The notes: a model not told the origin generated them from the letters alone. Positions 9,178 through 19,496 are shown, numbered from the stretch's first letter. The stretch: DNA of 64,000 nt from Planctomycetota bacterium (GCA_038757895.1 JBCDGE010000012.1:1-64000), one strand, 5' to 3'. Translations and numbers: made by a program.

Positions 9178-10656
9178 TCAGCCCTGCCCGCGGCGGAGCC
9201 AGGCGAGGAACGCGCGCTCCAGGTCCGCGACGTCGATCCCGTCCAGCGCCGCCTCCAGCGCGGTGGCGCGCGACGCCTCGATGGCCGCCCCGTAGCGCTC
9301 CGAGGTGATCCCGGTCAGGGCGAGGTCCTCCGCAGCGCGCCGCCACGTGGCCCGCAGCGTCTCGAAGTACGTGTCGGGCAGCTTGCTCCAGCGCCGGTTC
9401 GACTGCGCCTCCCGGGAGGTGTGCAGGAACCGCAGGAGCGCGTACGCCATCGTGTAGTTGACGTCCGCGTCGGCGTAGAACTCGTCCTGCGTCATCTCCA
9501 GGAGCTCCGTGAGCGGCGGCAGGCGCCGCAACACCTCGGGACGCGCGATGTACTGGTCGCGCGCCTCCAGCCCGACGATCTCCTTCACGACGCCGGACTG
9601 CATCACGGCGCCCCCGTAGTACTCCGCCGTCCCCTCGTCGAACCACGAGTGCGGGCTCAGCGCGCTCGCCGTGTGGTACAGGAACTGGTGGCACGCCTCG
9701 TGGTACAGCGTGCGCATCGTCGGGTGGTCGTCCGGCATCGGGCCCTCGCGGTCCGTCCGGGCGTCGTACAGGACGAGCTCCTGGGAGCGCGCGTTGAAGT
9801 AGCCGACGGTGGTCGGGTTGCCGCCGTACGTGAGATACTCGCCTCGGTCGCGGCAGATGCGGACCACGGAGAGGGCGTCGATCGGCCGGTCGGGCGGCAG
9901 GTCGCGCGCGAAGCGCTTCCGGATCGTCACCAGGTTGCGCGCGAACTGCGCGAGCACCGGCGAGTCCTTCGGCCCGTGGTAGAGGATCATCGAGTGCGCC
10001 GTGTCCTCGATCGCCCAGCCCTCGACGAGCTCGGAGGCGACGCGGATCCGCTCGTCGCGGTGACCGAGCGACGTGCGCCGGTAGTGGCGCTCCCACTTCA
10101 GGCGGTCCTCGTCGACCTCGGCCTCGGTGAAGAACCGGAAGCTCATCGCGACGCGGTCGAACGTCCGCTTCTCGCGCCGGAGCCGGGTCGGCTCGCACTC
10201 CCCCACGAAGATCACGGCGTCCCCGTCGGCGACCCACGCGTGCACGAAGAGCGAGCGCTCGTTCCCCTCGTCGTCGAAGAACTTGCCCTCGTAGCGGACG
10301 GGGGAGCGGCCGTAGCGCTTGCGGACGGAGCGCACCGCCTCCAGCTCGCTCGGGCGGAACATCGCGAGCGTCCAGCGCTGCACGTCGCTCGCATCGTCGA
10401 CCTCGACCCGGAAGACCGCGTGGGTCACCGGCGACCGCCGGTCGACGGGCGCGTCCTTCGGCGCGTAGATCAGCTCGAGCCCCTCCATGCCGGGCGGCAG
10501 CGGCCGCGCCTCGAACTTCGAGGGACGGTCCAGGCTGAAGCCGAGCGAGGGGTGCTTCTCGGTCCGATCGAATCCGCTCGCGGTCGGGCTGGCCGAGACG
10601 GCCAGGACCGCCGCGAGGACGACGCGGAGGACGATCGAGAGCAGGGACGGAGCCAT
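9178..10656 (-). CDS. Secreted putative zinc metallopeptidase (HExxH; DUF1570-like)
   Basis: N-terminal signal peptide (MAPSLLSIVLRVVLAAVLAVSASPTASG). HEACH zincin motif in TLYHEACHQFLYH. 492 aa. Confidence 0.6.
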   Translation of the reverse strand: MAPSLLSIVLRVVLAAVLAVSASPTASGFDRTEKHPSLGFSLDRPSKFEARPLPPGMEGLELIYAPKDAPVDRRSPVTHAVFRVEVDDASDVQRWTLAMFRPSELEAVRSVRKRYGRSPVRYEGKFFDDEGNERSLFVHAWVADGDAVIFVGECEPTRLRREKRTFDRVAMSFRFFTEAEVDEDRLKWERHYRRTSLGHRDERIRVASELVEGWAIEDTAHSMILYHGPKDSPVLAQFARNLVTIRKRFARDLPPDRPIDALSVVRICRDRGEYLTYGGNPTTVGYFNARSQELVLYDARTDREGPMPDDHPTMRTLYHEACHQFLYHTASALSPHSWFDEGTAEYYGGAVMQSGVVKEIVGLEARDQYIARPEVLRRLPPLTELLEMTQDEFYADADVNYTMAYALLRFLHTSREAQSNRRWSKLPDTYFETLRATWRRAAEDLALTGITSERYGAAIEASRATALEAALDGIDVADLERAFLAWLRRGQG

Positions 10657-10699
10657 GCAGGGGCTGTCGACCCCCGGAGGCGCTCATCTCCAGCCCGGC

Positions 10700-11398
10700 T
10701 CAGCCGAAGACGCGGGCGAACAATGCCCTGACCGGCCACGTCCATCTTCGGGACGCGATATGCGCCGGAGCGGTGCGCGCGAGGGTCACGACCTCGTCGA
10801 AGGCCCGCCCGGCGTCCTCCCCGCGTTCGAGCGACTTCAGGAGCCTCCCGCGCAGCAGCGCGCTCGCCGGCGACGGCCCGTGGTTCCGCTCGAACCGCTC
10901 CGCGCGCTCCAGCGCACCCTCGGCGTCCCCCGCGCGACGCGCCGCGTCCGCGGAGAGCAGCATCGCGTCGCCGAAGGCGTGCTCCTCGTCGACGGCGAGG
11001 ACCGCGTCGAGGTCCTCCAGGGCCGCCTTCGGATCCTGGCGCGCCGCGAGCCGCGCCTGTCCGAGCCGGTAGCGGAACTCAAGCGACTCGGGGTCGCCGC
11101 GCGCGGCCTCCTCGAACAGCGGGATCGCCTTCCGCGGACGCCCCTGGCTGAGCAGCAGGGCGCCGAGCTTGCCCTTGTGGTGGGGCGTGTCGACCGAGCC
11201 GAGGCTGCGCTCCAGCGAGCGCCGTGCCCGCGCGTCGACGGCATCCGTCCCGACCTTCGCCAGAACGATGGAGAGCAGGATCGCCGTGAACCAGAACCCG
11301 AGGAACGGGATCCGGAACAGCGCCCCCAGGACCGGGATCTGCGCGAGCAGGCCGGTGAGGAGGAAGACGGCGATGAAGAAGCCCCGGAGCCGCAGCAT
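10700..11398 (-). CDS. Membrane-anchored TPR-repeat protein
   Basis: Two N-terminal TM helices (MLRLRGFFIAVFLLTGLLAQIPVLGALF...), then TPR-like helical repeats. Start at ATG ending 11398. The upstream 188 codons of ORF 10700..11965 run antisense to lpxB and are rejected. Confidence 0.6.
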   Translation of the reverse strand: MLRLRGFFIAVFLLTGLLAQIPVLGALFRIPFLGFWFTAILLSIVLAKVGTDAVDARARRSLERSLGSVDTPHHKGKLGALLLSQGRPRKAIPLFEEAARGDPESLEFRYRLGQARLAARQDPKAALEDLDAVLAVDEEHAFGDAMLLSADAARRAGDAEGALERAERFERNHGPSPASALLRGRLLKSLERGEDAGRAFDEVVTLARTAPAHIASRRWTWPVRALFARVFG

Positions 11399-11464
11399 CG
11401 GCGCCCAGGATAGCGGGCCGCGACCGGGCGCTCCCCGGGCATCCGAGTTCGTATCCTGCGCCGC

Positions 11465-12856
11465 GTGAGCGACCCGGCCCCGAACGACGGCGCCCAGCAG
11501 GGCAGTCCCGCGGAGCCGGGCGGTATGGCGCCGCGGACGGCAGCGCGCCTGGAGCTCGCGCGCGCGGTCGGCGGCGCCCTCGTCTCGCCCCTGCGCTACG
11601 CGGCTCACCTGACGGTCCGGGGCCGGATGAAGCGGGAGCTCGACCGGGACGTCGCGGAGGCCTCCGGCGTCATCGACGACCTCCCGGAGGCGGCGCTGCC
11701 GACCGACCGGCCCCTGCGCATCTTCCTCGGCGCCGCGGAGGCCTCGGGCGAGATCCACGCCGCGGGGCTCGTCCCGCGCCTCCGCGCTCGCGCGGAGGCC
11801 AGCGGCGCGCCGCCGCCCGAGATCACCGCGATCGGCGGCGAGCGGCTGCGAGCCCTGGGCATCCCGACGATCGCTGACCCGGTCGCGCGGGCCCAGGTGG
11901 GCTTCGACGGCGTGCTCGCGTCGCTGCCCTACTACGTCGGCCTCATCGAGGACGCGGCGCGCCACGCCCGCGAGACGCGGCCCGACGTGTTCGTGCCCGT
12001 CGATTCACCGGCGCTCCACGTGCCGCTCGCGCACGTGATGCGTCGCTACGACGTGCCGACCTGCCACGTCGTCGCGCCGCAGTACTGGGGCTGGGCGCCG
12101 TGGCGCGTGCGCGGCTATCGCAAGGCGGTCGACCTGGCGCTCACGATCCTCCCCCACGAACCGTCGTGGTACGCGCGCTACGGCGTGCGCACGCGCCACA
12201 TCGGCCACCCGCTGCTCGACGCTCTCCGCGAGGTCCCGGTGACGACGCCCGATCCGTCGTCGAAGACGCTCGCGGTCCTGCCGGGGAGCCGGCACGGGGT
12301 CATCCGCCGGAACCTGGAGTGGATGCTCGGGTCGCTCGGCCCGCTGCGTGAGCGCGTGCCCGACGTCGACGTCGCGATCCTCCAGTCCACCGACGAGCAT
12401 GTGGAGCAGATCGAGGAGATCGCGGCCCGCTGCGGCCAGAGCGTCCGCATCGCGATCGGCGACCTGCACGGCGAGCTCGCCGGGGCACGCGCTGCGATCG
12501 CGGCCTCGGGAACGATCGTGACCGACCTCCTCCACCACCGGCTGCCGACGGTCGTGATCTACCGCACGACGCGCAGGCGCGAGGACTGGCTCTACCGCTA
12601 CGTACTGATGACGCCGTACTTCGCGTCCACGAACCTGCTCGCGGGCCGGGAGGTCCTCCCGGAGCACTCCTTCCTCGGCGAAGGGCCCCGGGATCGGATC
12701 GCCGGCGAGATCGCCGACGCGTTCACCGACGAGGAGCGGAGGGCGCGCTACGCCGCGGACCTGGAGTTCGCCGCCGAGCGCCTCGGACCCGCGGGCGCGC
12801 TCGACCGCGCCGCGGCCCATGCGCTCGCGCTGGCCGTGCGCCCGGCGGCGCGCTGA
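11465..12856 (+). CDS. lpxB: Lipid-A-disaccharide synthase
   Basis: GT19 LpxB-like: conserved LPGSR and ...PTVVIYRT...TNLLAGREVLPE C-terminal region. 463 aa. Confidence 0.8.
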   Translation: MSDPAPNDGAQQGSPAEPGGMAPRTAARLELARAVGGALVSPLRYAAHLTVRGRMKRELDRDVAEASGVIDDLPEAALPTDRPLRIFLGAAEASGEIHAAGLVPRLRARAEASGAPPPEITAIGGERLRALGIPTIADPVARAQVGFDGVLASLPYYVGLIEDAARHARETRPDVFVPVDSPALHVPLAHVMRRYDVPTCHVVAPQYWGWAPWRVRGYRKAVDLALTILPHEPSWYARYGVRTRHIGHPLLDALREVPVTTPDPSSKTLAVLPGSRHGVIRRNLEWMLGSLGPLRERVPDVDVAILQSTDEHVEQIEEIAARCGQSVRIAIGDLHGELAGARAAIAASGTIVTDLLHHRLPTVVIYRTTRRREDWLYRYVLMTPYFASTNLLAGREVLPEHSFLGEGPRDRIAGEIADAFTDEERRARYAADLEFAAERLGPAGALDRAAAHALALAVRPAAR

Positions 12857-12885
12857 ACGGTCGAGGCGGCCCCGCCGCCGCCGGA

Positions 12886-13665
12886 TTGGAACGATCGCCG
12901 CCGATCCGCGACACTACGCCAATGCCCCCGCCTCCGGACGGACCCGCGAAACAGCCCGATGGGGAATCCCAGGAATCCCTGAATCGGCCCGAGCCGGCGG
13001 AGTACGGCGCCTCACAGATGCAGTGCGAGGCGACAGAGCTCATGACCGCGGCGCGGCAAGGCAGCGTGGATGCTTTCGAGACCCTCTTCCAGAGGATCCG
13101 GGGCAGCGCGTTCCAGGCCGCCCGCTCGCTCGTCGGCTCCCACGAGGACGCGCTCGACCTCACCCAGGAGGCCTTCATCAAGGCCTACCGGGCGCGGGAG
13201 AGCTACGACCCCGCTCAGCCGTTCCTGCCGTGGTTCCACCGGATCCTCCGGAACACGTGCTTCAGCTTCCTCCGCAAGCGCGGTCGGATCTCGAAGCGCT
13301 CGATCCACGGCGTGGACGAGTACGGCGAGGAGTCGTCGTGGGACATCGTCGACGAGGACGCGCCGGCGCCGTCGACGCGCGCCGAGGAGACCGAGCGGTC
13401 CGCGGCGTTCGAGGACGCGCTGGCGAAGCTTTCGGCGCGCGACCGCGAGATCATCGTGCTGCGTCACTACCAGGAGCTCAGCTACAAGGACATCGCCGCC
13501 GCGCTGACCATCCCCGAGGGCACGGTCATGTCGCGACTCTTCCACGCACGGAAGCGGCTCCGGACGCTGCTCCAGAGCCAGGTCGAGGACCTCGTGGGTC
13601 ACCAGGGAGACGAGATGCAGCCGAAGCGCAACGCGGGAGGCCGGCGGTCGAGGGACCGACGGTAG
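12886..13665 (+). CDS. ECF-type RNA polymerase sigma factor (sigma-70 regions 2 and 4)
   Basis: Region 2 (AFETLFQRIRGSAFQAARSLVGSHEDALDLTQEAFIKAYRA...PWFHRILRNTCFSFLRKR). Region 4 (LSARDREIIVLRHYQELSYKDIAAALTIPEGTVMSRLFHARKRLR). The true start may be an internal Met (e.g. MQCEATEL, about 13018). Confidence 0.75.
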   Translation: MERSPPIRDTTPMPPPPDGPAKQPDGESQESLNRPEPAEYGASQMQCEATELMTAARQGSVDAFETLFQRIRGSAFQAARSLVGSHEDALDLTQEAFIKAYRARESYDPAQPFLPWFHRILRNTCFSFLRKRGRISKRSIHGVDEYGEESSWDIVDEDAPAPSTRAEETERSAAFEDALAKLSARDREIIVLRHYQELSYKDIAAALTIPEGTVMSRLFHARKRLRTLLQSQVEDLVGHQGDEMQPKRNAGGRRSRDRR

Positions 13666-13673
13666 GGACGACG

Positions 13674-14144
13674 ATGGACGGCATCGATCGGAACAAGAAC
13701 GGGGCGGAGACGCCGCCCAGCGGGGACGAGCTCCTCGCGATGGCCTACGCGGACGGCGAGCTGTCCTCGGAGGCCACGTCGGAGTTCGAGTCGCGGCTCC
13801 GCACGGAGCCCGCGCTCGCGCACCTCGTGGCGGAGCACCGCGCCCTGGAGGTTCTCTCGCGCCGCGTCGCGCCGCTGGAGCCGGCCGACCACGAGTGGAA
13901 TCGCCTGCGCGAGGATCCCGTCTTCAAGACGTCGGTCGGCCTCGGCTGGAGCCTGGTCGTCGCGGGGGCCGCGATCTCCTTCGTACTCGCGGTCTGGGGC
14001 GTCGCGACGAACGACTCCCTCCCCGTCTGGGGACGCGCGCTGATCCTCGCGTCGCTCGCGGGCTTCGTCCTGCTCTTCCTGAGCGTCCTCTGGCGCCGCC
14101 TGCGGACCTACCCGCTCGACCCGTACCGCCACGTGGAGCGCTGA
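13674..14144 (+). CDS. Putative membrane anti-sigma factor
   Basis: Immediately downstream of the ECF sigma. ELLAMAYADGELS zinc-less anti-sigma N-terminal-like helix, single TM segment. 156 aa. Confidence 0.5.
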   Translation: MDGIDRNKNGAETPPSGDELLAMAYADGELSSEATSEFESRLRTEPALAHLVAEHRALEVLSRRVAPLEPADHEWNRLREDPVFKTSVGLGWSLVVAGAAISFVLAVWGVATNDSLPVWGRALILASLAGFVLLFLSVLWRRLRTYPLDPYRHVER

Positions 14145-14148
14145 CCCG

Positions 14149-14478
14149 ATGCTGATCCTCACGACGCACGAGATCCCCGGCGCGGAGATCACCGAGGCCC
14201 TCGGCCTCGTCCGCGGGACGACGGTCCGCAGCCGACACTTCGGCAGCAACTTCATCGGAGCGATGAAGGGCCTCGTCGGCGGCGAGGTGCACGAGTTCAC
14301 CAAGGTGATCGCCGAGGCGCGCGAGGAGGCGATCGACCGGATGAAGGCGGAGGCCTTCGCCCTGGGCGCGGACGCGATCATCGGGTTCAAGTTCGCGACC
14401 AGCGAGGTCGCGAAGAACGCCGCCGAGGTGGTCGCCTACGGCACGGCGGTAAAGATCGTGACGCCGGACGAAGGTTGA
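14149..14478 (+). CDS. YbjQ/UPF0145 family protein
   Basis: MLILTTHEIPGAEITEALGLVRG...GGEVHEFTK...AIIGFKF is highly characteristic of the YbjQ family. 109 aa. Confidence 0.8.
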   Translation: MLILTTHEIPGAEITEALGLVRGTTVRSRHFGSNFIGAMKGLVGGEVHEFTKVIAEAREEAIDRMKAEAFALGADAIIGFKFATSEVAKNAAEVVAYGTAVKIVTPDEG

Positions 14479-14560
14479 GATCGGCTGGGAGCGAGGGCCG
14501 CGCCTCGAACCGCGGCACGGCTCCCCCCGCTCGGCTCCCCCACTCGGCTCCTGGGGCGAT

Positions 14561-16858
14561 GTGCACAGCTATACTCCCGGCATGCGCACTCTCCCGGCCA
14601 CGGGCGGTCGGATCCTCGCCGCGACCGCCTGCCTCTCCACGCTCCTGATCTGGTCCTGCGGCTCGGACGACCCCGTGCCGACGACCGGCGATGGTTCGGG
14701 CGTCTACGTTCGAGACCTGTTCGACGGCGGCTCGATCGTGTCCGGCACGAGCCTGAGCGCCGAGCGCGTCCGATCGATCACCCGCGGAACGTGGGAGCTC
14801 AAGTCGTCCAACGGCACCGCGCAGGCGCCGGTCCGGGACAAGGGCGGCTTCCCGCTCGGCACGATCATGATCGGGAGCGGCGTCGATGGGAAAGGCGGGC
14901 GGAGCATCGGAGTCCCCGCCCCCGGGGACATCCGGCCCACCGACCTCTCGGTCCGCTTCCTGGCGACCGAAGGGGAGGTGCTGAAGCTCCGCCCGATCCT
15001 GGTCGGCGCGGACGGCGCGGTCCCGGGGACGATGGTCGAGCACGCCCCGACGGGCGAGCCGGTGACGGTCGACTTCGATCTGCCGGAGGTCGAGGGGCTG
15101 AGCAACGTCATCCTCGAGATCGGCGGCGACTGCGTCCGGCCCACGTTCACGGAGATCGTCCTCAAGGAGACGATCCCCGCCTCGGATCGCCTTCTGCGTA
15201 GCCGCCAGGGTTCCCTGAACGACCCCAGGCAGGCCGTCGGGCTCGCCGAGGGCGGCGTGCTCGAAGCCCCGCTGCGCGTCGCCGAGGCTGGCCGCATCAC
15301 GCTGTCCTTCCTGGGCGCCAACGGGGAGCGCGGCCGCGCGCGCATCGCGGTCCGGAGTGGCGAGGAGGTCGTGGCGGAGACCACCACCCGGTACGGCGAC
15401 GCCTGGCGGCAGGCCGAGCTCGCGGTCCCCGCGTCGGCGGGCGTGGACGCCGTCCTCGCCGTGCAGGTCGTCGACGGGCCCGGCGTATGGATCGCCGAGG
15501 AGCGCTTCGACGCCGTCGATCCCTCGCCGCCCACCGTGCTGCTGATCACCTCGGACACGCACCGCGGTGACCACCTCGGCGCATTCGGCGGGAGCGTCGA
15601 CGTCGCGACGCCGACGCTGGACGCGCTCGCGGACGAGGGCATCGTCTTCACCAACTGCTTCGCGCCCACGAACGTCACCAACCCCTCGCACATGGCGCTC
15701 ATGACCGGGCTCCCGCTGCGGGACACGCGCGTGACGAACAACGCGACGTCGCTCTCGAGCGCCGCGAACACGCTCGCGGAGGAGTTCAGGCGTGCGGGTT
15801 ACCGCACCTTCGCCGCGACGAGCGTGATGCACCTCAAGCCCTCGCAGAGTGGCCTCGACCAGGGCTTCGATCGCTACGACTCGCCGGACCAGAACCGCCG
15901 CGACGGCAAGGTCGCGGTCGAGACTCTCCTGCGCTGGGTGCCCGAGGCGGACGGAGCCCCGCTGTTCGTGTGGCTGCACGTCTACGACGCCCACGCGCCG
16001 TACCGTGCGCCCAAGAAGTACGTCAAGCGGCACTACAAGGGCGACCCCAAGTCACCCGACAAGTCGCTCGACATCCGGCCCGACGTCCTCGCCGACTGGA
16101 TCGAGCGCCAGGGAATCACGGACCGCGCCTACGTCGACGCGCTGTATGCGGGCGGGGTCGACTACGTCGACGAGTTGATCGGGCGCCTGGTCGCGATCGA
16201 GCGCCTGCAGGCGGGCATCGTCGCCTTCACGGCGGACCACGGGGAGTCCCTCGGGAACGAAGGCGTCTGGTGGGACCACAGCCGCCTCAACTTCGACTCC
16301 GTGCACATCCCGCTGCTGCTCCGGGCGCCCGGCCTGGCGCCCGCGAGGACCGACGCTCCGGTGGAGCAGATCGACGTCGGCCGGACGCTCCTCGATCTCT
16401 CCGGCATCGAGAGTCGGTTCCCGGGCCGCGACCTCCGCTGGGCGCTCGATCCCGACGCCGGGGTCGAGCCTCGATTCTCGCTGGCCGCGCACGGATGGAG
16501 CGCGGCGGTGGAGGTCGACGACTGGATGCTGACGCTGCAGATCAAGCCGTACCCGCGGGCGTTCAGCGAACGCGACTGGCAGCACGGTGAGACGGAGCTC
16601 TTCCACCTCGCCACGGACCCCGGTGCCACGAAGAACGTCCTCGACGAGCAGTTCGCCCGCGCCAAGAAGATGCGCGCGGCCCTCATCACGTGGCTCCTGG
16701 AAGCGCCCGAGGACGGACTCGGCGTCGACCTCGAGCTGACCGACGACGCGAAGGCGAGCCTGGAAGCGCTCGGCTACGGCGGCGGAACGACGGGGAAGAG
16801 CGAGGGCCGCTGGTGGAGCCCCGACGTCGACGCGGAGTGGAACCAGCGGTTCGAGTAG
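14561..16858 (+). CDS. Sulfatase-like hydrolase/transferase (alkaline-phosphatase superfamily) with N-terminal lipoprotein domain
   Basis: TVLLITSDTHRGDHLGAFGG...NCFAPTNVTNPSHMALMTG...TADHGESLGNEG. Sulfatase fold, but the nucleophile position is Thr and the signature Arg is His. Lipobox LIWSCG. Start may be ATG 14582. Confidence 0.7.
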   Translation: MHSYTPGMRTLPATGGRILAATACLSTLLIWSCGSDDPVPTTGDGSGVYVRDLFDGGSIVSGTSLSAERVRSITRGTWELKSSNGTAQAPVRDKGGFPLGTIMIGSGVDGKGGRSIGVPAPGDIRPTDLSVRFLATEGEVLKLRPILVGADGAVPGTMVEHAPTGEPVTVDFDLPEVEGLSNVILEIGGDCVRPTFTEIVLKETIPASDRLLRSRQGSLNDPRQAVGLAEGGVLEAPLRVAEAGRITLSFLGANGERGRARIAVRSGEEVVAETTTRYGDAWRQAELAVPASAGVDAVLAVQVVDGPGVWIAEERFDAVDPSPPTVLLITSDTHRGDHLGAFGGSVDVATPTLDALADEGIVFTNCFAPTNVTNPSHMALMTGLPLRDTRVTNNATSLSSAANTLAEEFRRAGYRTFAATSVMHLKPSQSGLDQGFDRYDSPDQNRRDGKVAVETLLRWVPEADGAPLFVWLHVYDAHAPYRAPKKYVKRHYKGDPKSPDKSLDIRPDVLADWIERQGITDRAYVDALYAGGVDYVDELIGRLVAIERLQAGIVAFTADHGESLGNEGVWWDHSRLNFDSVHIPLLLRAPGLAPARTDAPVEQIDVGRTLLDLSGIESRFPGRDLRWALDPDAGVEPRFSLAAHGWSAAVEVDDWMLTLQIKPYPRAFSERDWQHGETELFHLATDPGATKNVLDEQFARAKKMRAALITWLLEAPEDGLGVDLELTDDAKASLEALGYGGGTTGKSEGRWWSPDVDAEWNQRFE

Positions 16859-16919
16859 TCGCGCCGCGGGCCGATCGGCCGGACGGCGTTCCCCCGTTCC
16901 GCGAACACTCGCACCGCGC

Positions 16920-17588
16920 TCACTCGTAGCGGACCAGGATCTCGTCCAGCGCCTTGCGCTCGAGATCCGGCACCTCGCAGCCCTCGGTCGGATAGCCGAC
17001 GGGGATCAGCAGGAACGCCTTCTCGTTCTTCGGCCGCCCGAGCACCTCGCCGAGGAAGCCCATCGGGCTCGGCGTGTGGGTGAGTGTCACGAGCCCCGCG
17101 TCGTTGAGCGCCGCGAGCAGCATGCCCGACGCGATCCCGACGGACTCCTGCGTGTAGTAGTTCTGCCCGCGCTCGCCCTCCGCGCGCTCCTCCCACGCCT
17201 GGCGGAACACGATGATCAGCGCCGGCGCGATCTCCAGGAACGGCTTCTCCGCGTTGGTGCCGAACGGCCGAAGGTCCTCCAGCCACTCGTCGTTCATCCG
17301 GCCGCCGTAGTTCTCCTGCTCCTCCGCCTCGGCCGCCTCGCGGACCCGGCGCTTGATGTCCGGGTTCGTCACGAGCGCGAAGGTCCAGGGCTGCTTGTGG
17401 GCGCCCGAGGGCGCGGTCCCGGCGGCGCGGACGCACTCCTCGAGGACCTCCAGCGGGACCGGGTCCGGGGCGAAGGTGCGGACGGAGCGCCGTCGATCGG
17501 CGGTCGCCGCGAACCGGCGGGCCCGCTCCAGCATCTCGTCGGGGGAAAGCCGCTGGTGGTCTAGGGGAACGAAGGGGGCGTCGGGCAT
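16920..17588 (-). CDS. Nitroreductase-family protein
   Basis: RRSVRTF...GTAPSGAHKQPWTF motif typical of NAD(P)H nitroreductases. 222 aa. Confidence 0.8.
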   Translation of the reverse strand: MPDAPFVPLDHQRLSPDEMLERARRFAATADRRRSVRTFAPDPVPLEVLEECVRAAGTAPSGAHKQPWTFALVTNPDIKRRVREAAEAEEQENYGGRMNDEWLEDLRPFGTNAEKPFLEIAPALIIVFRQAWEERAEGERGQNYYTQESVGIASGMLLAALNDAGLVTLTHTPSPMGFLGEVLGRPKNEKAFLLIPVGYPTEGCEVPDLERKALDEILVRYE

Positions 17589-17729
17589 CGTCGGGGGCCG
17601 GTGCGGGGCCGGTGCGGAGGCGAGAATCGGTGAACCACTTCAGGGACCGCGCGTTCGCGCGGTCCACAGCTGGATCGAGGCGCCTCCGGTCTGGGAGGTC
17701 TCCTCGGCACGATCTACGTTACCGACGCC

Positions 17730-19496
17730 ATGCTGAGACTGCTCTTCGCCGCGATCGTCCCCCTCTCGATCGCGACCCCGTCCTGGTCTTCCCCCGCTCC
17801 GGTCCTCCCCGCCCCCCAGGCGGACGACCTCCCCGATCTGAAGGGCGAGATCGACCGCTCGATCCGGTGGCTGCGGAGCACGCAGAACCCCGAGACCGGC
17901 TCCTACGGCGGCGGCGTCGAGGGCACGTCCTGGGTCCTCACCGCCCTCGCGCGGAGCCCGCGGAAGTACGAGCGGCCCGATGGCCCCTTCATCTCCGACG
18001 CTCTGGACTTCCTCCTGTCGCAGCAGTCGACGGATGGAGCGATCCACGACCCGGACGCGAAGGGCACCGACCTGGTGCTCCAGACCGGCGCCGCGGCGAC
18101 CGCGCTCTCGGCGATGGTCGACGGCACGACCGCGCCGGCGCTGGGCAAGGCCGTGAAGTACCTGGCCAGCTCCGGGACCTCCGAGCCCACCCTGGACGAG
18201 ATCGAGGTGCCGAAGGACGAAGCGGGCGCGCGCAGGCTCGCCTTCCAGCTCCTCGGCCGGCGCGGCGCCGACGGCGCGTATGACGGCGAGCGCGGCAAGG
18301 TCGTCGAGACCGCCCGAGCCGTGCTCGCGCTGACCACGGTCCGCTCCCAGCTCGCGCCGCCCGCCGGCGCGGCGAAGACGGCGACGGCGCTCCCGAAGTC
18401 CTCGCCCGCGACGCGCATCCAGCTCGACGAGTCGGTGCTGCGCGGCGCCCGCTTCCTGCTGGCCGCCGGCGACGGGGCCCGCTGGGGCGCGCCCGGGGAG
18501 CCGGACGCGGGCCTGACCGCGATGGTGGTCGGCGCGCTGCAGGCGGTGCCGAAGCCGCGCCCCGACGACGTCCAGTCGGCGATCGATGACGCGCTCGGGT
18601 GGCTCCTGACCCTCCAGAAGGAGGACGGCTCAATCCACCAGGGCCGGCTGATGAACTACGTCACGTCGGCGTCGATCATGGCGCTCTCCGACGACGAGAA
18701 GTACGCGAAGCCGGTCGCGAAGGCCCGCACCTGGCTCATCGGCCTGCAGGCGGACGAGGGCGAGGGCTACTCCGAGGGCGACCTCTACTACGGCGGGATC
18801 GGCTACGGCGGCGACGAGCGCCCCGACCTCTCGAACCTCCAGATGGCGCTGCAGGCGCTCGCCGACTCCGGCCTCGACTCCGACGACCCGGCGTTCCAGC
18901 GCGCGATCAAGTTCCTGGAGCGCTGCCAGAACCGCTCCGAGACGAACGACGTCGAGGTCACGCGCAAGGGCATCGTCATCAAGTCCGGCAACGACGGCGG
19001 CGCCGGCTACGCGCCCGCGGATTCGAAGGCCGGATTCGTCGTCCTGCAGGACGGCACGAAGGTCCCGCGCTCGTACGGCTCGATGTCCTACGCGCTCCTC
19101 AAGAGCTTCGTGTTCGCCGGGCTGTCGAAGGACGACCCGCGCGTCGAGGCCTGCTGGAAGTGGCTGCAGGAGAACTACACGCTCGACGTGAACCCTGGCT
19201 TCGACCCCGGGGGCGATCCGACCGCTCCCTACCAGGGCCTCTACTACTACTTCCACACGATGGCGAAGGCGCTCGACGTCTACGGCACCGACGTGGTCGT
19301 GGACGGCGACGGGGTCGAGCACGACTGGCGGGCCGAGCTCGCCGGGCGTCTGATCGCGCTCCAGAGCAAGGCCGACGGCAGCTGGATCAACCGCAACGCG
19401 CCGCGCTGGTGGGAGGGGAACCCGGTGCTGGCGACGAGCTATGCGCTGCTCAGCCTCGACGCCGCGCGTGGCGGCGCGATGATGGCCGGCCGCTGA
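17730..19496 (+). CDS. Secreted prenyltransferase/squalene-oxidase (terpene-cyclase-like) repeat protein
   Basis: Signal peptide. Repeated QxxDGS/QxxDG(A) alpha/alpha-toroid repeats (QQSTDGAIH, QKEDGSIHQ, ...). 588 aa. Confidence 0.6.
   Translation: MLRLLFAAIVPLSIATPSWSSPAPVLPAPQADDLPDLKGEIDRSIRWLRSTQNPETGSYGGGVEGTSWVLTALARSPRKYERPDGPFISDALDFLLSQQSTDGAIHDPDAKGTDLVLQTGAAATALSAMVDGTTAPALGKAVKYLASSGTSEPTLDEIEVPKDEAGARRLAFQLLGRRGADGAYDGERGKVVETARAVLALTTVRSQLAPPAGAAKTATALPKSSPATRIQLDESVLRGARFLLAAGDGARWGAPGEPDAGLTAMVVGALQAVPKPRPDDVQSAIDDALGWLLTLQKEDGSIHQGRLMNYVTSASIMALSDDEKYAKPVAKARTWLIGLQADEGEGYSEGDLYYGGIGYGGDERPDLSNLQMALQALADSGLDSDDPAFQRAIKFLERCQNRSETNDVEVTRKGIVIKSGNDGGAGYAPADSKAGFVVLQDGTKVPRSYGSMSYALLKSFVFAGLSKDDPRVEACWKWLQENYTLDVNPGFDPGGDPTAPYQGLYYYFHTMAKALDVYGTDVVVDGDGVEHDWRAELAGRLIALQSKADGSWINRNAPRWWEGNPVLATSYALLSLDAARGGAMMAGR

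Noticed and set aside
9119-10731. ORFs 9119..10687 (-) and 9421..10731 (+)
   Set aside because: Alternative frames or antisense to the HExxH secreted-protein gene, which has a signal peptide and coherent domain sequence. Low-complexity translations.
14387-16033. 548-codon minus-strand ORF
   Set aside because: Antisense to the sulfatase-like gene. R/G/D-rich, no motifs.
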